From an uncultured Desulfobacter sp. (GTDB taxonomy: Bacteria; Desulfobacterota; Desulfobacteria; Desulfobacterales; Desulfobacteraceae), in contig OY762069.1 in the NCBI GenBank assembly GCA_963665095.1, positions 2,272,001 through 2,336,000 on the forward strand: a stretch of 64,000 nucleotides of DNA. The letters are read 5' to 3'. The translations under genes and the position numbers were made by a program. Positions 9,341 to 18,439 of this stretch are shown here, piece by piece; position 1 is the stretch's first letter, and each line of letters opens with the position of its first letter. The notes below the pieces were generated by a model. The model searched no databases, had not been told where the DNA came from, and saw only the letters and a list, made by a program, of their open reading frames with translations.

Positions 9341-11449
9341 ATGAGACAGCAAGCGGAAACACATCTGAAAACAGCACTGAATAATACGGCGGCCTCGTTT
9401 CGGGACGGCCAGTGGGAAAGCATTGAACAACTTTTATTTAGGAACCGTGTCCTTGTGGTGCAGCGTACCGGCTGGGGGAAAAGCATGGTCTATTTTCTTG
9501 CCGCAAAGCTGCTGCGTGAACAGGGTGCGGGCCCCACACTTTTAATATCTCCGTTGCTGTCGCTCATGCGCAACCAGCTGGAAGCAGCAGAGCGGATCGG
9601 CGTGACAGGCCGTACCATCAACAGTACAAACAGTGACCAGTGGGACCGGATCCGTAAAGAACTTTTCGCCGACCAGGTGAATGTTCTGTTAATCTCACCG
9701 GAACGACTGGGGAATGATGAGTTCCGTAAGACCATCCTGGCAAATATGACCGGCAATATCGGACTGTTTGTAATTGACGAAGCCCACTGTATCTCTGACT
9801 GGGGCCATGATTTCAGGCCGGACTACCGTAGAATTGTGCGTGTACTGCAGGCGCTGCCATCCAACGTGCCGGTGCTGGCGACCACGGCCACGGCAAACAA
9901 CCGGGTGGTGAATGATATCAAATCACAGCTTGGCGAAAATATCATTTTGCAAAGAGGGTCACTGGTCCGAAAAAGCCTTAAACTGCAGAATATAAACTTG
10001 CCAAGTCCTGCAGCCCGAATGGCATGGCTGGCACAGACCATTCCGGCACTGCCCGGCAGCGGCATCGTCTATACGCTCACCCAGCGCGATGCCGAGCGTG
10101 TAACCGAATGGCTCAGGGCCAATAAAATTAAAGCCGGCGTTTATCATGCCGGCATTGCAAACCAGGCAGATGACAGTTGCGTCAAAGAAGCGCGGGAACA
10201 GCAGCTCCTGAATAACGAAATCAAGGTGCTGGTGGCAACAGTGGCCCTTGGTATGGGATTTGACAAGCCGGACCTTGGATTTGTCATTCATTTTCAACGC
10301 CCGGCATCTGTTGTCCACTATTATCAGCAGGTGGGACGCGCCGGTCGTGCGGTTGATGAAGCTTACGGCATCCTGTTGTGCGGAGAAGAGGATGACCAGA
10401 TTGCCGACTATTTCATACAAAATGCGTTTCCGCCCCAAAAGCATGTCTCTCAGATATTAAATACGCTGGATACCTCGGACGCAGGACTTTCAGTCCCGGA
10501 AATACAGCGGGCGCTGAACCTGCGCAAGAACCAGATTGAGAAGACCATTAAATTTCTGACCATTGAATCTCCATCACCGGTGACAAAAACCGGCTCAAAA
10601 TGGCAGGTAACGGCCGCGGCCCATGCGTATCAGGTCGATCAGGCCTACGTGGATGCCATCACCCGCATCAGACGGGAAGAACAGCAGCAGATGCGCGACT
10701 ACATGGAACATGCCGGCTGCCTGATGGCGTTTTTGCAGGCAGCCCTGGATGATCCCTGTGCCACGGCTTGCGGCCAGTGCAGAAACTGCCGCCCGGACCT
10801 GCTTTTAGATGAAACCTTTGACGCGGATCTGGCCAACCGGGCAGCCCTTTTTCTGCGCAGAAGTTATCAGCCAATTCTGCCAAGAAAGAGGTGGCCGGGC
10901 TCAAATATGTTTACGCAATCCCCATTGACCGGATATAATATCCCACCGGGTCAGCAGGCCGGGGAAGGCCGTGCATTGAGCCTGTGGCGGGATGCCGGGT
11001 GGGGAGAGCTTGTTGCGCAAGGCAAATACCGGGACAACCGGTTTGCCGACGAACTGGTGGCGGCCTGTGTTGAGATGCTGCAGGTCTGGAAACCGGGGCC
11101 TGCCCCTGTATGGGTTGCCTGTATTCCCTCATTGAACCGCCCTGATCTGGTCCCTGATTTTGCCGCACGGCTGGCCAACGCAGCAGGACTGCCGTTTGTT
11201 TCCTGCATCCAGAAAGCCAGAGCAAACAGACAGCAAAAAGAGATGGAGAACAACTATCAGCAGGCGAAAAATTTAGATGGCGCTTTCAAGCTGACTATCG
11301 AGCCGGGGAGCTGGGGGCCATGCCTGCTCATTGACGATGTTGTAGATTCCGGGTGGACATTTACCGTGGCATCGGCTTTACTGCGCCAGGCGGGCTGCGC
11401 TGCCGTGTATCCCATGGCACTGGCCCTGAATCGCCAGAAAATGGATTAG
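9341..11449 (+). CDS. RecQ-family helicase with C-terminal ComF-like phosphoribosyltransferase domain
   Basis: QRTGWGKS Walker A, DEAHC, QQVGRAGR, CGQCRNC zinc site, C-terminal LLIDDVVDSGWT PRPP-binding motif. Confidence 0.9.
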   Translation: MRQQAETHLKTALNNTAASFRDGQWESIEQLLFRNRVLVVQRTGWGKSMVYFLAAKLLREQGAGPTLLISPLLSLMRNQLEAAERIGVTGRTINSTNSDQWDRIRKELFADQVNVLLISPERLGNDEFRKTILANMTGNIGLFVIDEAHCISDWGHDFRPDYRRIVRVLQALPSNVPVLATTATANNRVVNDIKSQLGENIILQRGSLVRKSLKLQNINLPSPAARMAWLAQTIPALPGSGIVYTLTQRDAERVTEWLRANKIKAGVYHAGIANQADDSCVKEAREQQLLNNEIKVLVATVALGMGFDKPDLGFVIHFQRPASVVHYYQQVGRAGRAVDEAYGILLCGEEDDQIADYFIQNAFPPQKHVSQILNTLDTSDAGLSVPEIQRALNLRKNQIEKTIKFLTIESPSPVTKTGSKWQVTAAAHAYQVDQAYVDAITRIRREEQQQMRDYMEHAGCLMAFLQAALDDPCATACGQCRNCRPDLLLDETFDADLANRAALFLRRSYQPILPRKRWPGSNMFTQSPLTGYNIPPGQQAGEGRALSLWRDAGWGELVAQGKYRDNRFADELVAACVEMLQVWKPGPAPVWVACIPSLNRPDLVPDFAARLANAAGLPFVSCIQKARANRQQKEMENNYQQAKNLDGAFKLTIEPGSWGPCLLIDDVVDSGWTFTVASALLRQAGCAAVYPMALALNRQKMD

Positions 11450-11453
11450 CAAG

Positions 11454-12752
11454 ATGAAAGATGATTTAACAGAAGATACAAAAGCGATCACCCTGCTCTG
11501 CGGTGTGCTGGGAAGTGATTCCCAGGTAAAACCCCTGTCACTGACAGAATACTCAACCATGGCAAAATGGCTGATGGGCAAGGGGATGCGCCCCGGCGAC
11601 CTGCTGCAGAAAGAAATTATTGCCAACGCATCCCAGGGGAGCGGGATTGATCAGCAGCGGCTGGAATCCCTGATCAGCAGGGGGGGGCAGCTTGGATTTG
11701 CGGTGGAAGAGTGGCAGCGCAACGGGATCTTTCTTCTGAGCAGAAGCGACAGCGACTATCCTGCCCGCTACAAACAGCACCTTAAAGACAAGGCCCCGCC
11801 ACTGTTGTTCGGTGCTGGAAACCGTGGGTTGCTCAGCGGGGGCGGACTGGCTGTTGTGGGGTCCCGCAATGTGGACCAGACAGGGGAAGACTTTACCCGC
11901 AAGGCAGCAGAATTTTGCGCGTATAATAACATGCCTGTTGTTTCAGGCGGCGCCCGGGGGGTTGACCAGGTTTCCATGACAGCCGCCCTTGAAGCCGGTG
12001 GTGTGACCATCGGTGTTCTTGCCGACACGCTTTTGAAAAAAAGCCTGGAACGTAAAAACCGCAAAGCCATTGCCGACGGACGTCTTCTGCTGCTGTCGCC
12101 CTATCACCCCAATGCCCGGTTTACCGTGGGAACTGCCATGGGCAGAAACAAGCTGATTTATGCCATGGCCGATTATTGCCTGGTTGTCAGTGCCGAACAT
12201 AAAAAAGGCGGCACCTGGGCCGGTGCCCAGGAGGAACTCAAACGAAAAGAGCCGCTTCCCGTCTTTGTCCGGACGGGTGATAATATCCCGCCGGGCAACA
12301 GCAAACTTCTGGACCTTGGTGCCATACCATGGCCCTGTCCTGTTGACCGGGATAACTTCAGAAAGCAGCTGCAGGATCTGGCCGACAGGGTGAACAGGCC
12401 GGGGGCAGGGCCGGATCTCTTTGGTTCAAAGGCTCTGCAGAAGACGACTCCGCCGGATGAAGCGCCACAGGAGGTCGTTGAGCATGAGGAGGTCACGCCT
12501 CCATCTGCTGAACCGGAAGTTAAAAATCAGGAGACGCCCTCTACAGTTTATCAGGCTGTTTTACCGCTCATTTTAAAAAAACTGGCAACCCCAACCAACG
12601 CAGACGAACTGACCAGGACCCTGGATGTAAACAAAACACAGCTCAATGCCTGGCTGAAAAGGGCTGTGCAGGAAAACAAAATCAAAAAAATGTCAAACCC
12701 GGTGCGCTATAAAAGGGCTGAATCCGGAACCCAGGGGCAATTCTGGCAATAG
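11454..12752 (+). CDS. dprA: DprA/Smf-family protein with C-terminal winged-helix-like region
   Basis: LAVVGSR, VVSGGARGVD, AMGRNKLIYAMAD, GGTWAGA motifs. Confidence 0.88.
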   Translation: MKDDLTEDTKAITLLCGVLGSDSQVKPLSLTEYSTMAKWLMGKGMRPGDLLQKEIIANASQGSGIDQQRLESLISRGGQLGFAVEEWQRNGIFLLSRSDSDYPARYKQHLKDKAPPLLFGAGNRGLLSGGGLAVVGSRNVDQTGEDFTRKAAEFCAYNNMPVVSGGARGVDQVSMTAALEAGGVTIGVLADTLLKKSLERKNRKAIADGRLLLLSPYHPNARFTVGTAMGRNKLIYAMADYCLVVSAEHKKGGTWAGAQEELKRKEPLPVFVRTGDNIPPGNSKLLDLGAIPWPCPVDRDNFRKQLQDLADRVNRPGAGPDLFGSKALQKTTPPDEAPQEVVEHEEVTPPSAEPEVKNQETPSTVYQAVLPLILKKLATPTNADELTRTLDVNKTQLNAWLKRAVQENKIKKMSNPVRYKRAESGTQGQFWQ

Positions 12753-12810
12753 ATTCGTGAATAATTATTGCAGACAGTCTGTGCCCTGTCTCGAGTCAGG
12801 GCGCAGACTG

Positions 12811-14079
12811 TCAGAAGAATCCTTCCTTATCAAGTGCGGCAACAATATCTTCAAGTTTTTTAAAAAATGTATTTCCCTTTTTCATGATGCCCTTTCTTGC
12901 CTCTTTTTTGCTTGTCCAGGCATGGTCAAATCCATTGCGATATGCGATCAGATCCTGGGTGATTTTTTTCATTTTTGAGATAATTTTTTTGTCCTCCATA
13001 CACTCAAAAATCTGGAGGAGCGCCTGGTGATGGACTAAACGGTTGCCGATGAAGTTCCACTCAGTTTTTTTTACCTGGAGCATATTAATGAATACATCGG
13101 CCCGCTGCCGTTGGTCTCGCCTATCTTTATCGGTCATTTCCGGAGTTTCATTCTCCCGGATAAGCCCGAAAGACCCCAGCATCTCCCGCATTACCGTATA
13201 TGCCTGCATGAACAGTTTATGTTCAAGCAGCAGGCGGACAATCTCCAGCTGAATTTTGAAATAATCGTGATCATACCGTCCTGAAAAGGTTTTCTCAAAT
13301 ACCAGTGACACGAATTTTTCTTTGACCAGATCAAACAGAATTTTTCCGGTTATGCTTGCGTCGTTTTCCCTTTCGCGGACAATTTTCAATGCCCTGGACG
13401 CTTTTTGGGATACATTGTGAATATCAACGTTTTTCAATGCACCCGTAAGCTCCTGGAAAGCACTGATCAGTTCGGGGTCATTGAATTCATCCAGCTTGCC
13501 TGTTGCCTCTTTTTCCGCCACCAGGGCTAATCTTCCCGGATCTGCATCTTCCACCAGACGGGATACGGCATCAGTCCATTCATTGATCACATAAAAATCT
13601 TTCATATCAACAATGGGCGACAGCTCTTTATTGCTTTCATAAGCGCCGTAGTACACTGCTTTAAGCCGAACATCTTTGGCTTTCTGCAGAAAATTCAAGG
13701 CCGTGGAAAATACAATGGGGATTATTCTGTATCCATGGGTCATATCCACATACAGTTCATCCCCATGATCGATATGGGTCAGGATCTCTTCAAACCAGGA
13801 CCACTGATCTTCAGGGTCAAGGTTTTCGGTGATGTTAACCTCATTGATATCATTAATCCCTATTTTTAAAAGTTCCTGTTTAAGTCGATCAAAATGCTTT
13901 TTCCTGGAAGTCTGGGTCATAACCAGAAAAATTCGGTCAAAAAAACCGGGGCCTGCAAGCTGCAGCTCGGCAAACTGGACATAATCTGAAGGATCGGCTT
14001 TTTTCCCACTGATATGATAAACCGCTGGTTTATAATCACCTGCACCAAGAAAACTGATGTATATCTGTCTCATGCTCAA
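12811..14079 (-). CDS. csx1: Csx1-family (TM1812-like) CARF-HEPN ribonuclease, copy 1
   Basis: ISFLGAGDY, DMTHGYR (DxTHG) CARF motif, HEPN RNGFDH motif. Confidence 0.9.
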   Translation of the reverse strand: MSMRQIYISFLGAGDYKPAVYHISGKKADPSDYVQFAELQLAGPGFFDRIFLVMTQTSRKKHFDRLKQELLKIGINDINEVNITENLDPEDQWSWFEEILTHIDHGDELYVDMTHGYRIIPIVFSTALNFLQKAKDVRLKAVYYGAYESNKELSPIVDMKDFYVINEWTDAVSRLVEDADPGRLALVAEKEATGKLDEFNDPELISAFQELTGALKNVDIHNVSQKASRALKIVRERENDASITGKILFDLVKEKFVSLVFEKTFSGRYDHDYFKIQLEIVRLLLEHKLFMQAYTVMREMLGSFGLIRENETPEMTDKDRRDQRQRADVFINMLQVKKTEWNFIGNRLVHHQALLQIFECMEDKKIISKMKKITQDLIAYRNGFDHAWTSKKEARKGIMKKGNTFFKKLEDIVAALDKEGFF

Positions 14080-14090
14080 CCCCTTAAAAA

Positions 14091-16196
14091 TTATCCATAC
14101 GAAAATGGAAATATTGAATCATGGTTCTCCCTGACATAAGCCAGGGCCTGATAAAAGTCGCGGTCGTAGAGAAAAAAGAAATGGTCCGGGTTCAGCTGCC
14201 GGGAAGCGTCTTTGATCTGTATTTCCAGCGACGGCAGGCGGGACGCAAACTCATGTGCCGGACTCAGATGCTGCAAAAAGGCCAGGGGCTTGAGCGCCAT
14301 GATGGCAATGGCAGGGCCGCAGGAGGGTTCAAGGCAGATGGCAAGACTTTTTTCCAGAAACCGTACGGCTGTTCCCCGGTCGTCCACCTGCAAAGCTGCC
14401 CGGCCCAGATTGAAACAGGCCAGCTGCCAGGGATGTTCCGGCCGGCATGCCGCAGCAAGACTCGAAGCCGTCGTAAAATAGAGCGGCTCAAAATTCCGGG
14501 GGCCGGATGCGGATAGAAAGCGGCACAGAAGGGTCATCTGCCATTTGTTGAATTCAGGCAGTTTTTCAGGGACAGCGTTCAGGTCCGGGACCCCCAGGAA
14601 TGTTTCAAGGCAACACAGCGCCCCGTCCATATCCCCGGCACAGAGCCGGGCCAGTGTCAGGTAGCTGTACTGCCGCATCCATTCAGATTTGAACTCGGAT
14701 GAGACCTCTTCCCCCAGGGTCTTTCTGGCTTTCAGGGAAAGATCTTCTGTCTGCCGGATAAAACCGGGTCCGCAGAACGCCGAATTCTGGACCAGGGTTC
14801 CGTAAAGTTTGCCAAGGGTCAGATCCACCCGGCAACCGAACGCCTGCTGAAGATCGTACCGTTTTTCCAGGAATTGAAGCACCTGCCCGAGGGTCGGGGG
14901 AAGATCCGGTGAAAACTCATACCGGTTATGGGCCGACACCAGGAGATGGTTGAAAAAATCCGCCACCAGGCTGATGTCCAGTTTCAGCACCTGTTCGACG
15001 ATGTCCATTCCCCGGTCCACCCATTCCCGGGCCGGCAGGATCAGGCCCTGATGGTTGGCCAGGCCCAGGCGGGCTGTGATCCACCTCAGGCACGCCACAG
15101 GCCATGCCCCGGGCAGATCCCGGGGAGCAAGCGCAGCCAGGGCCTGTGCCCTGCCAGGCTGGAAATCATCAACCATGTCGCCAAATTTCCGGGAAAACCG
15201 GTCGAACAGTTCTGAGTCGTCAAAAATCCGGGCCAGAAGTTTTTTGACAAGTTCACTTTCCTGTTCAATCCATCCCCCGGGCATACTGTCCATTCTGCTG
15301 ATAAATGTCCCAGGCTCCTGGAGCGCCCGGGAAAAAACAAAAAGCAGGTTGTCCTGCCGGCCGGAGTAAAGCGAGGCCATGGTCCAGCTTTCGGCAAATC
15401 CGCGCACCGCCACAAGGTCTGCGGCATTCTGGGCAGAAGAAGCCCCCCTGTCCGCCGGAATGACGATGCATTTACATCCCCGGGAACGGGCAGCCCCTAT
15501 TTTCAAATCCAGATGCCCCACAACGCTGACCCGTCCCTCATCATCCAGGCATCCCGTGGCAATCAAGGCGGTTGAGACAGGGTGCCTTCGTGCCAGACTC
15601 ATGAATCCGATCCCCAATGCCAGGGCCGCTGACCCTCCCCGGAACTGAACCGTTCCATTGGCCGGCGCCATGGGAAACAGGACAAACCTGCGGCCTGAAG
15701 GGTCCGGGCCGCAGTGACGGACCAGATGTTCCGCTATAGCCGCAGATTCCCGGAACCTTTCGTCCATAATCTGCCCTGCCCATTCAGGAATAAACAGCCC
15801 CTGGCCTGCCAGCGGCGCAAGGCCGGCGGCAAACCATGCCACCCGGGCGGAGCCCGCGTCGGCAACGAGAATGGGAATCCGTATCCAGTCCCCCTGGATC
15901 AGTGCCCTGAAGTCAGGACACAGCACCTCATCCGGCCGGGTATTTTGAACCAGGAACCTCTCAACCCAGGCCGGGGGATGCGCTTCAATCAGAAAAGAGG
16001 CCCACAAAGAGCAGTGGAATAAATTCCTTAAAGGGCCATGTTCCACCTGCCGCTCAATCCTTTCAAAAGCCTGCCGGAATCCATCCTGCGCCATGTCGCA
16101 CCAGGGGACCCAGGCCATTTCCGATATCACTGACTGGAAATGGGGCATGAATTTTTCAGCGGCAAAGGCCATATTCTCAATGGTGTTCAGGGGCAT
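14091..16196 (-). CDS. Lon-type (S16) Ser-Lys protease domain fused to a long helical/TPR-like C-terminal region
   Basis: FRGGS189AALAL...IATGCLDDEGRVSVVGHLDLK232IGAARSRGCKCIVIP; Ser-Lys spacing of 43 residues as in Lon; no AAA+ domain; TPR-like segments such as ACFNLGRAALQVDDRGTAVRFLEKSL. Confidence 0.8.
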   Translation of the reverse strand: MPLNTIENMAFAAEKFMPHFQSVISEMAWVPWCDMAQDGFRQAFERIERQVEHGPLRNLFHCSLWASFLIEAHPPAWVERFLVQNTRPDEVLCPDFRALIQGDWIRIPILVADAGSARVAWFAAGLAPLAGQGLFIPEWAGQIMDERFRESAAIAEHLVRHCGPDPSGRRFVLFPMAPANGTVQFRGGSAALALGIGFMSLARRHPVSTALIATGCLDDEGRVSVVGHLDLKIGAARSRGCKCIVIPADRGASSAQNAADLVAVRGFAESWTMASLYSGRQDNLLFVFSRALQEPGTFISRMDSMPGGWIEQESELVKKLLARIFDDSELFDRFSRKFGDMVDDFQPGRAQALAALAPRDLPGAWPVACLRWITARLGLANHQGLILPAREWVDRGMDIVEQVLKLDISLVADFFNHLLVSAHNRYEFSPDLPPTLGQVLQFLEKRYDLQQAFGCRVDLTLGKLYGTLVQNSAFCGPGFIRQTEDLSLKARKTLGEEVSSEFKSEWMRQYSYLTLARLCAGDMDGALCCLETFLGVPDLNAVPEKLPEFNKWQMTLLCRFLSASGPRNFEPLYFTTASSLAAACRPEHPWQLACFNLGRAALQVDDRGTAVRFLEKSLAICLEPSCGPAIAIMALKPLAFLQHLSPAHEFASRLPSLEIQIKDASRQLNPDHFFFLYDRDFYQALAYVRENHDSIFPFSYG

Positions 16197-16205
16197 ACCG
16201 GAAGG

Positions 16206-17348
16206 TCACTCCTCATAATGAACTATGAAAAGCGCCAGTTTTTCAGACGGCGCAAGGGGGCGCTCAAATACAGCAATGAACTGTTCTGTATTTTTGTCCC
16301 AGTGCCAGTTGCAGGCCATCAGTATTTTGCTTTTGCTGTCTTTTATATAACATTGAAATGCATCCTCCGGGATGTCCGCAGGCAGGTCCCGGATAATTCC
16401 GCTCACCGACCAGGAGGTCCGGGTATCAGCCGTATGAAGAATCCGGCATTCAACAGGCCTGACATCCTGCATACCGGCCCGGTTAAAGGAAAAATAGGCT
16501 GCGGTCAGTACTGGCTCGTCATCAACAGCTGCGGCCCATGGCAGGAGATGGTCGGGAAACCTTAGAACCGCCATGCACTCTTCAATATTTTGAGGTGTCC
16601 AGTCCCAGGAGATGCCGGTAACTTTTTCCTCGAGTTCTTTTTTCAACGCGTCAAGACTGATGGGAATAACCGGTGTTCCGGTCTTTGCCATAAGCTGCCG
16701 GCCCGCCATGGCAGAAAAGGTATATCCGGTTTCCAGCTCAATTTCCCTGAAATAGATCCTGGGGTCATCGGGCTGCAGCGGCATGGTCTTTATGGCCCAC
16801 CGGGGCAGATAATCCGGGCAGCGGTCCATCTCCAGCACACTGTCTGCCACCTCACGGTCCAGTGTACAAAGGCACGGTCCCAGAAAGTCCTTTGCCAGGG
16901 AGTAGATATTCCAGGTCTCTATGAACAACCCGGACATTTCTTTGCACATCTTTTGCGGCAGGATCAGGTCTCCGGGTCCTGCCAGGGTTAAATCCCGCCA
17001 GATCTGGGCCGCCAGCACACAATCGGTATCAGGGTCCACCTGAAGCACAACCACCTCCGGCGGCGTGTAAAAACAATTGTCCCGCCAGCAGGCCAGGCCA
17101 GGGTCCAGGACACGCACCTGTCCGGGGACCGGCGGTGGACAATCCAGCCCCCGGGGCAACCCGGCCGCAAACCTGTCGGAAAACAGTTCAAACGCCTCTT
17201 TTTCATCTTTCAGGACCGTGCTGCAAAAGGGGCAGACCGCCAGGTGGTTTTTGACCTGCTCAGCGAACCCGGGATCATTCTTCACCTTTAAAGGGGGACA
17301 GGTTCTAAGCTGTTTTGCCAGGGCCAGGGCCTGTTTTCTGGTATACAT
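16206..17348 (-). CDS. Putative anti-sigma factor (zinc-finger HxxxCxxC, then a PemK/MazF-like region; CalpT-like)
   Basis: HLAVCPFC ZAS-type motif; PGQVRV...PPEVVVL...AGPGDLIL...IETWN pattern; sits directly downstream of a sigma factor gene. Confidence 0.65.
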   Translation of the reverse strand: MYTRKQALALAKQLRTCPPLKVKNDPGFAEQVKNHLAVCPFCSTVLKDEKEAFELFSDRFAAGLPRGLDCPPPVPGQVRVLDPGLACWRDNCFYTPPEVVVLQVDPDTDCVLAAQIWRDLTLAGPGDLILPQKMCKEMSGLFIETWNIYSLAKDFLGPCLCTLDREVADSVLEMDRCPDYLPRWAIKTMPLQPDDPRIYFREIELETGYTFSAMAGRQLMAKTGTPVIPISLDALKKELEEKVTGISWDWTPQNIEECMAVLRFPDHLLPWAAAVDDEPVLTAAYFSFNRAGMQDVRPVECRILHTADTRTSWSVSGIIRDLPADIPEDAFQCYIKDSKSKILMACNWHWDKNTEQFIAVFERPLAPSEKLALFIVHYEE

Positions 17349-17362
17349 GGAAACTTCCTTTA

Positions 17363-18409
17363 TTATAATTCTTCAGTAAGCCTGAGTCCTGCGCCAAGCT
17401 TCCGGCAAAGAGTGAGAAGAAAAAAGTCAAAATCTTTTGGGTCCTGCCCGTCCCCCTCATATTCGGGAGAGACCCAGTCCAGGGCACGCAAAAAGGATTT
17501 CAGCTTTTCCCGGATCAGATCCCGCGAATAGGAAAGGGTGGACTTTCTGCCCATCAGCTCGGAAACCTCTTTATGCCGGAGGCCTTCGCACTCAAAATAG
17601 AAAAATACTTTTCGCTCCTTTTCTTTGAGCAGATGATAGAAATTGCCGGCCCAGGCAGATAAAAGCCCTTTTTTCACATCATCGCCGGACTCATGTGCGG
17701 GCAGATCAAACAACGGGTCAGGCTGATCATTATCCCCGCCGGTCCCCGGGTAGAGGTCTATCCCGGACTGCAGATCAACATACCGGCCGGTCCATGCCAT
17801 AAAATCCAGAATATCGATGCAGACACCGGGGTCACCGGCAAGACTGGCAGCGGCACGCCAGAAATGCCCGGCCAGGGCCAGGATATTTTTCCGGGTGTTG
17901 ATGTGCTGAAACTGGGCGGTCATATCTGCAGGAAAGGCAATGGACAAAAGGTCCTCACCCAGCACCAGGGTGGCTGGCGGCTGGTCTGACATGGAGAACA
18001 CTATTTTTTTCAAAGGGTCTTCTTTCCTGAAAAATTCAGGAGATTCGCCCAGGACGTCAAGCACATGACGATAAAACAGCCGCCAGGTATCTTTATGGAT
18101 ATCCTGGTTTCCCTCTTTCCCCCTGGACCTGTCGATCATCCGGTGCCAGAGAAACTGCCGGACTTTTATCAGGCATGCGGGCCGGCCTGAGATCAGTTCG
18201 GCCAGCATGGGTTCATCATTGAGCAGGAACACCATCAGCTCCTGCCGGATATCAGCCGGATCAATCCGGTCAGGAGAGAACCCGGACAGCCCCAGGCGGG
18301 ATATTTTCATTCTGTTGAATACAGCCGCCACCAGTTTGTCAACGGCCCTGATATTGGCCGGTTCTGAAAGCCAGGCCTGGAACTGCTGATTCAGTTTCGG
18401 ATTAACCAT
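17363..18409 (-). CDS. ECF-like sigma-70 family factor with a long sigma2-sigma4 insertion
   Basis: Region 2-like DIRQELMVFLL...HRMIDRSR; region 4 LKEKERKVFFYFECEGLRHKEVSELMG. Confidence 0.75.
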   Translation of the reverse strand: MVNPKLNQQFQAWLSEPANIRAVDKLVAAVFNRMKISRLGLSGFSPDRIDPADIRQELMVFLLNDEPMLAELISGRPACLIKVRQFLWHRMIDRSRGKEGNQDIHKDTWRLFYRHVLDVLGESPEFFRKEDPLKKIVFSMSDQPPATLVLGEDLLSIAFPADMTAQFQHINTRKNILALAGHFWRAAASLAGDPGVCIDILDFMAWTGRYVDLQSGIDLYPGTGGDNDQPDPLFDLPAHESGDDVKKGLLSAWAGNFYHLLKEKERKVFFYFECEGLRHKEVSELMGRKSTLSYSRDLIREKLKSFLRALDWVSPEYEGDGQDPKDFDFFLLTLCRKLGAGLRLTEEL

Positions 18410-18439
18410 ATTGTGTTCACCTGCCTTTAATAATCATAC

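Noticed and set aside
8952..9486. Short ORFs in the divergent TPR/RecQ intergenic region
   Set aside because: No motifs or convincing SD; more likely promoter DNA
14091..16196. Calling the protease CalpL or housekeeping Lon
   Set aside because: No AAA+ module and no SAVED motifs recognisable by eye; a profile search is still needed to exclude a divergent SAVED
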